Source: an uncultured Candidatus Saccharibacteria bacterium (lineage in GTDB: Bacteria > Patescibacteriota > Minisyncoccia > Minisyncoccales > GWA2-38-27). From it: a stretch of 64,000 nucleotides of DNA. Below the pieces are notes generated by a model that saw nothing but the letters and a program-made list of their open reading frames with translations, made no database searches and was not told the DNA's origin. Shown in pieces: positions 17,917 to 26,064 of the stretch. Made by a program: the position numbers and the translations under genes. The stretch covers positions 39,537-103,536 of the forward strand of contig CAZBLV010000010.1 in the NCBI GenBank assembly GCA_964493085.1, written 5' to 3'. Within the stretch, counting starts at the first letter, position 1. Every line of letters begins with the position of its first letter.

Positions 17917-18714
17917 TTATATTCTAAAAAGAGCTCTGGCATTCCGGGTAGTGTCTTCTTTTACGTCCTTTTTTTTGATATCGGAAATTTTATCAAGGAC
18001 ATGGGTTATGAAAAAGGGTTCGTTCCTCTGCTTGTCTGCCATGGGCGGAGTAAGGTATGGGCAGTCTGTTTCCACCAAAATCCTATCTAGGGGCATTTTT
18101 TTAATTATTTTGTCAAGATTTAACTTAAAAATTATGCCGTTAAATCCAAGATAAAGCCCCATTTCCAAATATTCTTTTGCTTGCTTCCAGCTTCCAGTAA
18201 AGCAGTGAACTACCCCCCTTAAGGATCTCTTTCTTAATATTTCAATGAGATCGTCATGAGCTTTTCTGCAGTGAAAAATAACCGGCAGACTTAATTCTTC
18301 AGCAAGATCCAGCTGCCGAACAAGCTCTTTTTCCTGATTTTTTTTAAGCAAGGGGTCTTCGGCGCCGTAATAGTAATCAAGCCCCACTTCTCCGATAGCC
18401 ACTACTTTTTCAGAAGAAGCCAGCTGTTTGTAGTCTTTGCTGTTAAAACTTTCTCCTTTCGCCAAGAAATTCCCGTCCTCTTCGTCTGTTTTTATCTCTT
18501 TCATCCTTGCTGCAGTATAAAGAGGATGAAGGCCTATTGCGGCATAAACTCCTTCGGAATAAAGCTTTGCTATTTCCACTGCCCTTTTGCTGGTCTTATA
18601 TTTCGTCCCTATATTAACCATCCAAATTCCATAAGAAAGGCTTCTTTTAATAACTTCTTCTGAGTCCTTTTTGTAGGCGGCAAAGTTTAAGTGGCTGTGA
18701 GTATCAATTATCAT
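17917..18714 (-). CDS. tatD: TatD-family DNase
   Basis: IDTHSHL, GLHP, AIGEVGLDY, HCR, HCFTG, VETDCPYL. Confidence 0.95.
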   Translation of the reverse strand: MIIDTHSHLNFAAYKKDSEEVIKRSLSYGIWMVNIGTKYKTSKRAVEIAKLYSEGVYAAIGLHPLYTAARMKEIKTDEEDGNFLAKGESFNSKDYKQLASSEKVVAIGEVGLDYYYGAEDPLLKKNQEKELVRQLDLAEELSLPVIFHCRKAHDDLIEILRKRSLRGVVHCFTGSWKQAKEYLEMGLYLGFNGIIFKLNLDKIIKKMPLDRILVETDCPYLTPPMADKQRNEPFFITHVLDKISDIKKKDVKEDTTRNARALFRI

Positions 18715-18742
18715 ATTACAATACTACCAAACTGAAGAAATA

Positions 18743-18772
18743 AAAAAAGCGCGGCATTGGTTGTCGCGCTTT
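18743..18772 (-). terminator. Terminator after csrA
   Basis: AAAAGCGCGACA-N5-TGCCGCGCTTTTTT on the minus strand. Confidence 0.8.
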
Positions 18773-18781
18773 TATGTATAC

Positions 18782-18961
18782 TCACTTCTTACCGGCTTTT
18801 TCTTTAATGGCCTCCCATACCTCCTTCCGCCAAACAGGGATATGGGGAGGGGCTGTAATGCCAAGGCACACATTGTTTCCCCTGATATCCACTATCGTAA
18901 TCTCTATCTCCTCGCCGTTGATCAAAATGCTCTCGTTTTTCTTTCTTGACAACAAAAGCAT
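18782..18961 (-). CDS. csrA: Carbon storage regulator CsrA/RsmA (59 aa, below the ORF-track cutoff)
   Basis: Hand translation [59 protein letters not shown] matches the CsrA pattern ML.L.R..E.I.I...I.V......V.LGI.AP..V.V.R.E; SD AAGGAAGGA. Confidence 0.93.
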   Translation of the reverse strand: MLLLSRKKNESILINGEEIEITIVDIRGNNVCLGITAPPHIPVWRKEVWEAIKEKAGKK

Positions 18962-18988
18962 GCTCGTTCCTTCCTTGGCTTGGCGTTT

Positions 18989-19366
18989 TCAGAAATAAAC
19001 TTCCGACGGGACAGGGCTTCTCTTACCCATAATCTCTTCTATCTGGTGCCTGATCGCATCTTTGCTGGTAAGACAAGTAAAACGGGCTATCTCCTTTCCT
19101 TCCCTGAAAAAGATGATTGTAGGAAAAAAGAAAACAGAAAGCTCTTCGCAGACGTCTCTTCTCTCGTCTGCGTCAATCCAGGTGAAACCTATTTCCGGAA
19201 GATCGGGGTTGACGAGATCTGCATAAAGATTTTCAAGAACAGTCCTCATTTTATCGCATACATGATGCTTGTTGCGCCAAAAAAAGACTGCTATCTTGTC
19301 ATTCTCCTTAATCAAAGAAGCAATGTTTTCTCCGACAAGCTGGCTGAACTGCGGCTCTTTGCACAT
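18989..19366 (-). CDS. Thioredoxin-fold protein with HxxC in place of CxxC
   Basis: AVFFWRNKHHVCDKM, WIDADE, V..FPTIIFFREGKEIARF; SD AAGGA before ATG 19366. Confidence 0.8.
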   Translation of the reverse strand: MCKEPQFSQLVGENIASLIKENDKIAVFFWRNKHHVCDKMRTVLENLYADLVNPDLPEIGFTWIDADERRDVCEELSVFFFPTIIFFREGKEIARFTCLTSKDAIRHQIEEIMGKRSPVPSEVYF

Positions 19367-19370
19367 ATAA

Positions 19371-19435
19371 TTCCTTTCCGTTGTTGTTTTAAAAGAACTG
19401 GAAAAAAGCTTATAAAAAAATCGGGCTTTTGTCAA
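19371..19435 (-). promoter_or_regulatory. Promoter, boxA-like element and SD of the thioredoxin-like/csrA operon
   Basis: TTGACA-N17-TAAGCT, then GTTCTTTTAAAA (19398-19387), then GGAAAGGA. Confidence 0.7.
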
Positions 19436-19613
19436 GCATAAAAAAAGCCCCGCCTTTGGGCGGGGGTTTGGGTTCTTCGGGATCAGGATGAGAAAAAAGG
19501 ACTTCCGCTAGCTTGTCGCAAGCAAGACAGAAAGCGACAGGGTCGTCCACCAGCCAGAACATCTTTTTTCTGGCTTCTCTCACTTTTTCTAGGCGCACCA
19601 TCTCTTGTTCCAT
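19410..19613 (-). CDS. Small hypothetical ORF; its 3' end runs through a terminator, so it may be degenerate
   Basis: AGGAG SD before ATG 19613; preceded by boxA-like GGTCTTTGAAAC (19656-19645). Confidence 0.4.
   Translation of the reverse strand: MEQEMVRLEKVREARKKMFWLVDDPVAFCLACDKLAEVLFSHPDPEEPKPPPKGGAFFMLDKSPIFL
19441..19470 (-). terminator. Intrinsic terminator
   Basis: CCCCGCC-CAAA-GGCGGGG followed by CTTTTTT. Confidence 0.85.
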
Positions 19614-19779
19614 AGGCTCTCCTATATCAACCGCGTTGCGGATTGTTTCAAAGACCGGAAGGCGCCTTCAGGCATCCGTGCTCCGGTCCCGAGGCCCCTC
19701 CATGACCTCTTGATTCAGCAAAGGCACGCAAAGGCAGCTAACACGGTCCAGAACATCTTCTCGGCTTCTCTCCAAGTCA

Positions 19780-19950
19780 TCATTCTCTTCCGTCTTCAAA
19801 GAGCGGCTGTCCAGCTGCTACTCTCTGCTCATAGATTATAATATTGAATTCTCTTTGCTCCCTTGTTGTTTCCGACTCCTCCTGACCGCCTAGGCGACTA
19901 GGACGAAATGCTTTGTCTACTGCTCGAGCTGCACCGCCTTCTTGTGTCAT
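19780..19950 (-). CDS. Small hypothetical ORF (56 aa)
   Basis: MTQEGGAARAVDKAFRPSRLGGQEESETTREQREFNIIIYEQRVAAGQPLFEDGRE; SD GGGAG upstream. Confidence 0.5.
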   Translation of the reverse strand: MTQEGGAARAVDKAFRPSRLGGQEESETTREQREFNIIIYEQRVAAGQPLFEDGRE

Positions 19951-20009
19951 CCTGCTCTCCCTACTAGAACATTAAAAGAACTGTAAAGACAATAATATAC
20001 CATTACTTA

Positions 20010-21464
20010 TTATTTGTCAATACCAATCCGGGGGAACAGGGATTTGGGCTTTTCGTATTTAAAATTAGAAAGGTTGGAATCTATCTCTATTCCTTTTTTA
20101 ATCTTTCCTGAAGCTTCCGGCAAAAAAGGAGAAATCGTGTCTGCTACTTTTTCTAAGGCAAAAAGCAAATTGCTGATTGCCTTTTCGTTTCTTTTTTCCC
20201 AGGGTTTCTCTTTATCAATATATTTGTCGCAAAAAGAAATTAAATCCCAGATTGCCCTTAAAGAATCATGAAATTTCAATTCCTCTAAAAGGCCTTCTGA
20301 CTTTTCTTGGGTTGCTTCTGCTCGCTTTTTAAAATCATCTGACGGCTCCTCCTTCAGGGGAAGGGTTTTCTCTGCCATTGTTCTTACTCGTGAGAGCAAA
20401 TTCCCTATTCCGGAAGCTAGGTCATAATTATACCTGTCTTCGAATTTTTTATAAGTGAAATCCCCATCTTCTGCAGGAGGAATCTCTCTTAACAGATAAT
20501 ATCTTACTGCGTCTGTTCCGTATTTTTCTGCAAGATCAAAAGGATCTATTACGTTGCCCAGACTTTTAGACATCTTTTGTCCCGCTACCAAGATAAAGCC
20601 ATGGACAAAAATGGTCTTGGGCAAATCAAGCCCCAAAGATAAAAGCATGCCAGACCATATTAAGGTATGAAATTTTAAAATGTCCTTGCCTATAAAATGT
20701 ACGTCTGCCGGCCAGTATTTCTCAAATTTCTGATCATCTCCCTCATATCCTATCGCTGAAAGATAGTTAACAAGAGCATCAGCCCAGACATATATCATTT
20801 GAGCTGGATCGTCCGGCACGGGAATTCCCCATTCTAAACTTTTCCGGGGACGGGAAAAACTTACATCTTCTAATCCTTGCCTAATAATCCCCAAAGATTC
20901 TTTTTTTCTTGACTCCGGAATTATCCTCATTCTTTCTTCTTCTATTGCTTTCTCTATTTCTTTTGAATATTTGGAAAGACGAAAAAAGTAGTTTTCTTCT
21001 TTAACCGTTTCAGGCTCTATTTTGTGATTTTTGCATTTGCCGTCTATCAAATCTTTTTCTGTAATAAAGGCCTCGCACCCTGAACAATAAAGACCCTTGT
21101 ACTCTTTTTTGTAGATATCATTGTTTTCTTTTAATTTCTGCCACACTTTCTTTACAGAAGGCCAATGTTTTTCTTTGTCTGTGGTGCGGACAAAGCCATC
21201 GTTAGACAGATTCAATGCCTCGCCCAGCTTTTTAAATTTTTCTGAAAGATCATCGACAAAATCCTTGGGCTCCAACCCCTTGGACTTCGCCGCCTTGGCA
21301 ATTTTAGATCCATGTTCGTCTGTTCCTGTAAGAAAAAAAGTGTCTTTTCTCTTTTTTCTTTGGAAGCGGGAAAAAACATCTGCCTGGACAGACTCTAAGG
21401 CAAACCCAATATGAGGCGGAGCGTTAGTGTAAGCAATGCTTGTTGTGATGTATGATTTTTCCAT
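20010..21464 (-). CDS. metG: Methionine-tRNA ligase
   Basis: YITTSIAYTNAPPHIG, TGTDEHG, YVWADAL, IGKDI, KMSKSLGN. Confidence 0.97.
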   Translation of the reverse strand: MEKSYITTSIAYTNAPPHIGFALESVQADVFSRFQRKKRKDTFFLTGTDEHGSKIAKAAKSKGLEPKDFVDDLSEKFKKLGEALNLSNDGFVRTTDKEKHWPSVKKVWQKLKENNDIYKKEYKGLYCSGCEAFITEKDLIDGKCKNHKIEPETVKEENYFFRLSKYSKEIEKAIEEERMRIIPESRKKESLGIIRQGLEDVSFSRPRKSLEWGIPVPDDPAQMIYVWADALVNYLSAIGYEGDDQKFEKYWPADVHFIGKDILKFHTLIWSGMLLSLGLDLPKTIFVHGFILVAGQKMSKSLGNVIDPFDLAEKYGTDAVRYYLLREIPPAEDGDFTYKKFEDRYNYDLASGIGNLLSRVRTMAEKTLPLKEEPSDDFKKRAEATQEKSEGLLEELKFHDSLRAIWDLISFCDKYIDKEKPWEKRNEKAISNLLFALEKVADTISPFLPEASGKIKKGIEIDSNLSNFKYEKPKSLFPRIGIDK

Positions 21465-21510
21465 AACCTAAAACTAAACAGGGATGTCTGATATCTAATT
21501 TTAAGGACGT

Positions 21511-22536
21511 TTAGGCCGTTATTGCCTTTCCTTCTTTTCTTTTCTCTAGAAATTCTTTCGTAAATTCAAATAATATCCCGGCAAGAGGGATAACCAAAAT
21601 AGCTCCCATAATCCCCCAGAGTTTTCCTCCGATAACCATAGATATTAATACCAAAGCCGGCGGAAGACCGATTATTTTTTTCATTAAAATAGGAGAAAGC
21701 ACGTTGCCGTCAATCTGCTGAATAAGAATGAAGGCTATAAGCACAAAAAGAGCTTTCATCATGCTAAGAGGGAATATCAACAAAAAGAAAACTATCCCCG
21801 TCACAGCAGCCCCGAGGTAAGGAACAAAATTCAAAACCCCGGCCACTAAAGATAAAGTAAAGGGATATTTTACTCCGAAAAGGAGAAGAGTGATGTAGGA
21901 AGCAACCGCCACAAACAAGCAAGCCAAAACCCTTGCTCCGAACCATCCGGAAACCTTTTTCTTTCCCCTCTGCCAGATGTTTAGAGCCATGGCTTCGTAT
22001 TTTCTGGGGAAAACAAGCATTAAAGCCCGTTCCATTATCTTGTCTTCAATAGAAAGAAAAAATCCGGTGGCGATAACAAAAAGAGTTGAAGCCAGCCCTC
22101 CGAAAAGAGAAAAGGCGGCACTGAAAATATTGGCGGACATTGCTTCCAGGCTTCTCCCTAAGGCGGTGGTAAGAGACCTCATATTGTTAAAAGCCTCAAA
22201 TCCCAGGCCCTGTAAAGGAGGAGCGATTTTTTCAAAATAAAGGGGGAGAGAATCTACAAACTGATCAATTTCATGAGCAAAAATGGGGGTCACAAGGTAA
22301 ATTAAAAGCCCGAGAAAACCAAAGGCGGTGACGTAAACCGCTATTGCTCCAAACACTCTGGGTATTTTTCTCTTCTGCAGAAAATCAATGACCGGATCGA
22401 ATAAGACAGCGACTACCAAGGCAAAAATAAACCATATAAAAATGTCCCTGATAGAATAGAGCAGGTAAAAAACAATTACAATAATGGAAACCTTAAAAAT
22501 AGAATCCCAAGACAAGTTTAAATTTTGGTTTTCCAT
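21511..22536 (-). CDS. AI-2E family transporter
   Basis: Multi-TM protein with LNFVPYLG, IQQIDGNVLSP and GIMGAILVIP. Confidence 0.9.
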   Translation of the reverse strand: MENQNLNLSWDSIFKVSIIVIVFYLLYSIRDIFIWFIFALVVAVLFDPVIDFLQKRKIPRVFGAIAVYVTAFGFLGLLIYLVTPIFAHEIDQFVDSLPLYFEKIAPPLQGLGFEAFNNMRSLTTALGRSLEAMSANIFSAAFSLFGGLASTLFVIATGFFLSIEDKIMERALMLVFPRKYEAMALNIWQRGKKKVSGWFGARVLACLFVAVASYITLLLFGVKYPFTLSLVAGVLNFVPYLGAAVTGIVFFLLIFPLSMMKALFVLIAFILIQQIDGNVLSPILMKKIIGLPPALVLISMVIGGKLWGIMGAILVIPLAGILFEFTKEFLEKRKEGKAITA

Positions 22537-22538
22537 AC

Positions 22539-23810
22539 CTATAATTTTAATATTTTTTTAAAACTGGCCTGTTCTTTTGCCGGTCCTATCAAGGCCAAAT
22601 TAAGGTTTTCTGGCTTGAAAATATTCTCGGCAATTCTGGAAATACTTTTTCTATCTACTTTATTGATTTTATCATATATCTCTTTTAAAGTTAAAAATCT
22701 GTTTTCCATTATTTCTTGAATGCCGTAAAAAGAGGCCAAAGCGTCAGAAGTTTCTAAAGAAAGAGCCATTTTCCCCTTTAGGTTTTCTTTGGCTTTTTCT
22801 AACTCTTTCAGAGAAACTCCCTGATGTCTTATCTTTATAAACTCTTTTAATATCGCAGAAACCGCTTTCTCTGCTTTTTGATTGTCTACCCCTGCTCTTG
22901 CCATTAAAAAGCCTGTATCAGGATCGGAAAATGATTCGCAGGAAACATAATAAGCCAGACCCATTTCCTGCCTTACTTTGGTAAAGAGGCGGGAACTCAT
23001 CATTCCGCCTAAAATTACCGCCAGCACTTTTTGCCCGTATCTTTGTTCGGATAAAAGATTACAACCCCTCACTCCCAAACAAAGGTGGGTTTGGTCTGTC
23101 TTCCTCTGTTCTATAAGCGCCTCGGGCTCTTTTTGGCTTTCAACAACGGGGGGCTTCTTTAAAATATTTCTTTCGGCAGTTTTTAAGAAGCTCTTTTTTA
23201 TCTTTTCTTTTGTCTCGGCAACAGAAAAAGGAAAGTTTCCTGCTACACAGACCAGGGTTTTGGCAGATATGTACTGATTTTTGAAATATTCCAGTATGTC
23301 CTTTCTGGAAATTCCCTGCACGCTTTCTTGAGTCCCGGCAATGTCCCATCCGGCTGGCTGGTCCCCGTAGAGAAGCTTTGTCCAGAGCGACTGAACATGG
23401 TGCATCGGGTGGTCGTAATACATTTTTATCTCTTCTTTAACCACGCTTTTTTCTTTTTCTATTTCTTTGGGATCAAGCTGGGAGTTGAGAAATATATCAG
23501 AAAGCATATCCAGAGCCAGACTGAAATGATCTTTTCTTACTTTAATATAATATCCTGTGTATTCTTGTCCGGTAAAAGCGTTATAAACCCCTCCGACTTG
23601 ATCTAGGGGTTCTGCTATCTTTAAAGGACTCGGCCTTTTTTTAGTCCCTTTGAACAACAGGTGCTCTAAAAGATGAGAAATGCCGCTTATCTCTTTCTTT
23701 TCGTATTTGGATCCCGTGGCCACCAGAACTAAAAGAGTCGAGGCCTTGGTGCTTTTTTGAGGAATGGTGATAATCCTCAATCCGTTATCGGTTTTTGTTT
23801 TTTGAGGCAT
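22539..23810 (-). CDS. M16-family zinc peptidase
   Basis: GISHLLEHLLFKGT (inverted HxxEH), NAFT, SSRLF. Confidence 0.93.
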   Translation of the reverse strand: MPQKTKTDNGLRIITIPQKSTKASTLLVLVATGSKYEKKEISGISHLLEHLLFKGTKKRPSPLKIAEPLDQVGGVYNAFTGQEYTGYYIKVRKDHFSLALDMLSDIFLNSQLDPKEIEKEKSVVKEEIKMYYDHPMHHVQSLWTKLLYGDQPAGWDIAGTQESVQGISRKDILEYFKNQYISAKTLVCVAGNFPFSVAETKEKIKKSFLKTAERNILKKPPVVESQKEPEALIEQRKTDQTHLCLGVRGCNLLSEQRYGQKVLAVILGGMMSSRLFTKVRQEMGLAYYVSCESFSDPDTGFLMARAGVDNQKAEKAVSAILKEFIKIRHQGVSLKELEKAKENLKGKMALSLETSDALASFYGIQEIMENRFLTLKEIYDKINKVDRKSISRIAENIFKPENLNLALIGPAKEQASFKKILKL

Positions 23811-24480
23811 TTCTAAAAATTTCTTTAAACTTTTTTTTGGCGCCTAAAATCTGAAATCTGATTTTCAACAGCTGGCCCATCATCATAATCCTATTTTTAA
23901 ATCCCTGATACCAACCCCATTTTTTCTCTTTAACGATTACATCCAGGCCCTTGAGCAAAGGATAAGCTATTTTAAGATTGTTAATTTTGCAGAAATAATT
24001 CAAAGAAGTCTCCACTGCAAAGCCTTTTATGAACTTATCGGGAATGCTTTCAAAGATAAACCGTTTCATGGCCCTCTCTCCCGCTATTGCCAAAAGCGGA
24101 TCAATTCTAATGAAAAAAAGAGGCAAACCCCAGTAGCGGTCCCTTACGGCAACGGACATTGCAGCCCCCCCTTCTGCAACTGGATTCAGTAAAAGAGAAA
24201 CATGGTCCGAAGTAAGTCCGACTAAATCCGCATCAAAGAAAGAAATAATTTCAGCGTCTGTTTTCTCTACTCCGGCCTTCATAGCGCCTCCTTTTCCTTG
24301 GCTGCCTTCTAAAACCATCACTTCTGCTCCGAGCTTTCTGGCCACTTCGGCGGTTCTGTCTTGAGATCCGCCGTCTACAACTAAAACTTGGTCGATGCCA
24401 TTGTGGCTTAAAAGGACCTTTAGCACCGGGGATATGTTTTTCTCTTCATTGTATGCTGGAACAATTGCTGCGGTTTTCAT
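23785..24480 (-). CDS. Glycosyltransferase family 2
   Basis: IVPAYNEE, VVDGGSQD, GKGGA, FFDADL. Confidence 0.92.
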   Translation of the reverse strand: MKTAAIVPAYNEEKNISPVLKVLLSHNGIDQVLVVDGGSQDRTAEVARKLGAEVMVLEGSQGKGGAMKAGVEKTDAEIISFFDADLVGLTSDHVSLLLNPVAEGGAAMSVAVRDRYWGLPLFFIRIDPLLAIAGERAMKRFIFESIPDKFIKGFAVETSLNYFCKINNLKIAYPLLKGLDVIVKEKKWGWYQGFKNRIMMMGQLLKIRFQILGAKKKFKEIFRNASKNKNR

Positions 24481-25838
24481 TTAATATTTTTCCCGAGCTT
24501 GGAAAAGTCCTCGCCCGATAAAGCTTTTTTAATTGTCTCTTTAAGCAAAGATCCTTCAATCCTTATTTGCTCCATTGTATCTCGATCTCTTAAAGTTACC
24601 GTGTCGTCGTCTAGGGTCTGGAAATCGCAGGTAACAGAAACCACCACGCCGATCTCATCTCCCCTTCTGTATCTTCTTCCAATAGACCCCTTTTCGTCGT
24701 ATTGGGCAGAAAAATAGGGTTTGATTTCTTTATAGATCTCTTTTGCCTTTTTAATAAGTTCCGGCTTGTTTTTTACTAAAGGCAAAATCATAACTTTTAT
24801 CGGAGCCAGTTTCCTGTCAATCCTAAGAACCTGTTCCATTTCCTTAATGGATTGAGTGGTTTTTGTTCTCCCTCCTTCTACTTCTTCGTAAGCGTCGCAG
24901 AGAAAAGCGAAAAGAGACCTGCCTACCCCCACAGAAGTTTCTATGATATGGGGGAAATATTTACTGCCTGTTTTTTCGTCAGTATATCTAAGATCTTCTC
25001 CGCTGTTCTTGGAGTGGTTGGAAAGGTCCCAGTCCCCCCTGTTGTGTATGCCTTCAATCTCTTTCCATCCAAAAGGAAACTTATACTCTATATCTACCGC
25101 CCTTTTAGCATAATGAGCAAGCTCTTCTTTGCCTACTTCTCTGAACCTTAGGTTGTCCTTCTTAATGCCCAGATTTAGATACCAGTCCATCCTTTGTTTT
25201 TTCCAATAATTAAAAAATTCTTCAGAATTATTGGGCTCTGAAAACCACTGCATTTCCATCTGCTCAAACTCTCTAACCCTGTAAATAAAATTCTTAGGGG
25301 TAATTTCGTTCCTGAAGGCTTTGCCGATTTGGGCTATGCCGAAGGGGACTTTCTTCCTCATTGAGGTGACAACATTCTGAAAGTTTACATAAATTCCCTG
25401 ACAGGTTTCAGCCCTTAAATAAGTTTTTGAGGCCTCGTCTTCCAAGGGGCCGACAAAGGTTTTCATCATTAAATTGAAGCTTTTGGGCTTGGTCAGCTCT
25501 CCGCCGCAGTCCGGGCACTTATTTCCCTTTAAAAAATCTTCTCTAAACCGATGGTGACACTTTTTGCACTCTACCAGCTTGTCGGCAAAACCGGCTGTCA
25601 AATGGCCTGAAGCCTCCCAAACTTTGGGACTCATCAAAATAGCAGCGTCAATTCCTACAACATCATCTTCGATTCTGGTCATCTCCTGCCACCAAGAATG
25701 TTTAATGTTGTTTTTTAACTCCACTCCCAAAGGACCGAAATCATAACAGGAGGCAAACCCTCCGTAAATTTCAGAAGAAGGGAAAATAAATCCCCGTCTT
25801 TTAGAAAAAGAAATTATCTTTTGGAATAAATTTTCCAT
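24477..25838 (-). CDS. glyQS: Glycine-tRNA ligase (alpha2 type)
   Basis: YDFGPLG, YLRAETCQG, GKAFRNEI, REFEQME, SIGRRYRR.DEIG. Confidence 0.96.
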   Translation of the reverse strand: MENLFQKIISFSKRRGFIFPSSEIYGGFASCYDFGPLGVELKNNIKHSWWQEMTRIEDDVVGIDAAILMSPKVWEASGHLTAGFADKLVECKKCHHRFREDFLKGNKCPDCGGELTKPKSFNLMMKTFVGPLEDEASKTYLRAETCQGIYVNFQNVVTSMRKKVPFGIAQIGKAFRNEITPKNFIYRVREFEQMEMQWFSEPNNSEEFFNYWKKQRMDWYLNLGIKKDNLRFREVGKEELAHYAKRAVDIEYKFPFGWKEIEGIHNRGDWDLSNHSKNSGEDLRYTDEKTGSKYFPHIIETSVGVGRSLFAFLCDAYEEVEGGRTKTTQSIKEMEQVLRIDRKLAPIKVMILPLVKNKPELIKKAKEIYKEIKPYFSAQYDEKGSIGRRYRRGDEIGVVVSVTCDFQTLDDDTVTLRDRDTMEQIRIEGSLLKETIKKALSGEDFSKLGKNIK

Positions 25839-25863
25839 TTCTTTATTCTAACTGATTTTGTTT

Positions 25864-26020
25864 AAAATAAAAAGCCCCGCTTCTCTAATGTTCTCTGGAC
25901 AAGGGGAAACCAGAGAAACAAAAAGAGAGCGGGGCATGGGGGATGGGCGGCCTCGTATACAATCCTGGCGGAGGCTACCAGGAGAGCGCTCATTTGCCCA
26001 TCCTTTTCAAAAAGAACTTA
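25864..26020 (-). ncRNA. Candidate small RNA of about 155 nt: boxA-like element and two long hairpins with C-rich loops
   Basis: TTGACA at 26051-26046 and TGtTATTTT; GTTCTTTTTGAAAA (26017-26004); hairpin 1 at 26003-25941 (loop AGCCTCC); hairpin 2 at 25935-25874 (loop TTTCCCCTTGT) followed by a U tract. Confidence 0.6.
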
Positions 26021-26064
26021 AAAAAAATAACATTTCGAGTTTTTTTGTCAATAGGTTTGCCAGA

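Larger units (their letters stand above)
19441..19990 (-). ncRNA. Candidate GGA-rich CsrA-binding transcript (may also encode small peptides)
   Basis: Own TTGACA-N17-TATTAT promoter (20020-19992), boxA-like GTTCTTTTAATG, 18 GGA motifs counted by hand including CAGGATG, CATGGAGG and CACGGATG, and a terminator. Confidence 0.4.

Noticed and set aside
25864-26020. T-box or glycine riboswitch for glyQS
   Set aside because: No T-box UGGNACC antiterminator bulge or glycine aptamer core is present, and glyQS has its own -10 box 6 nt before the ATG.
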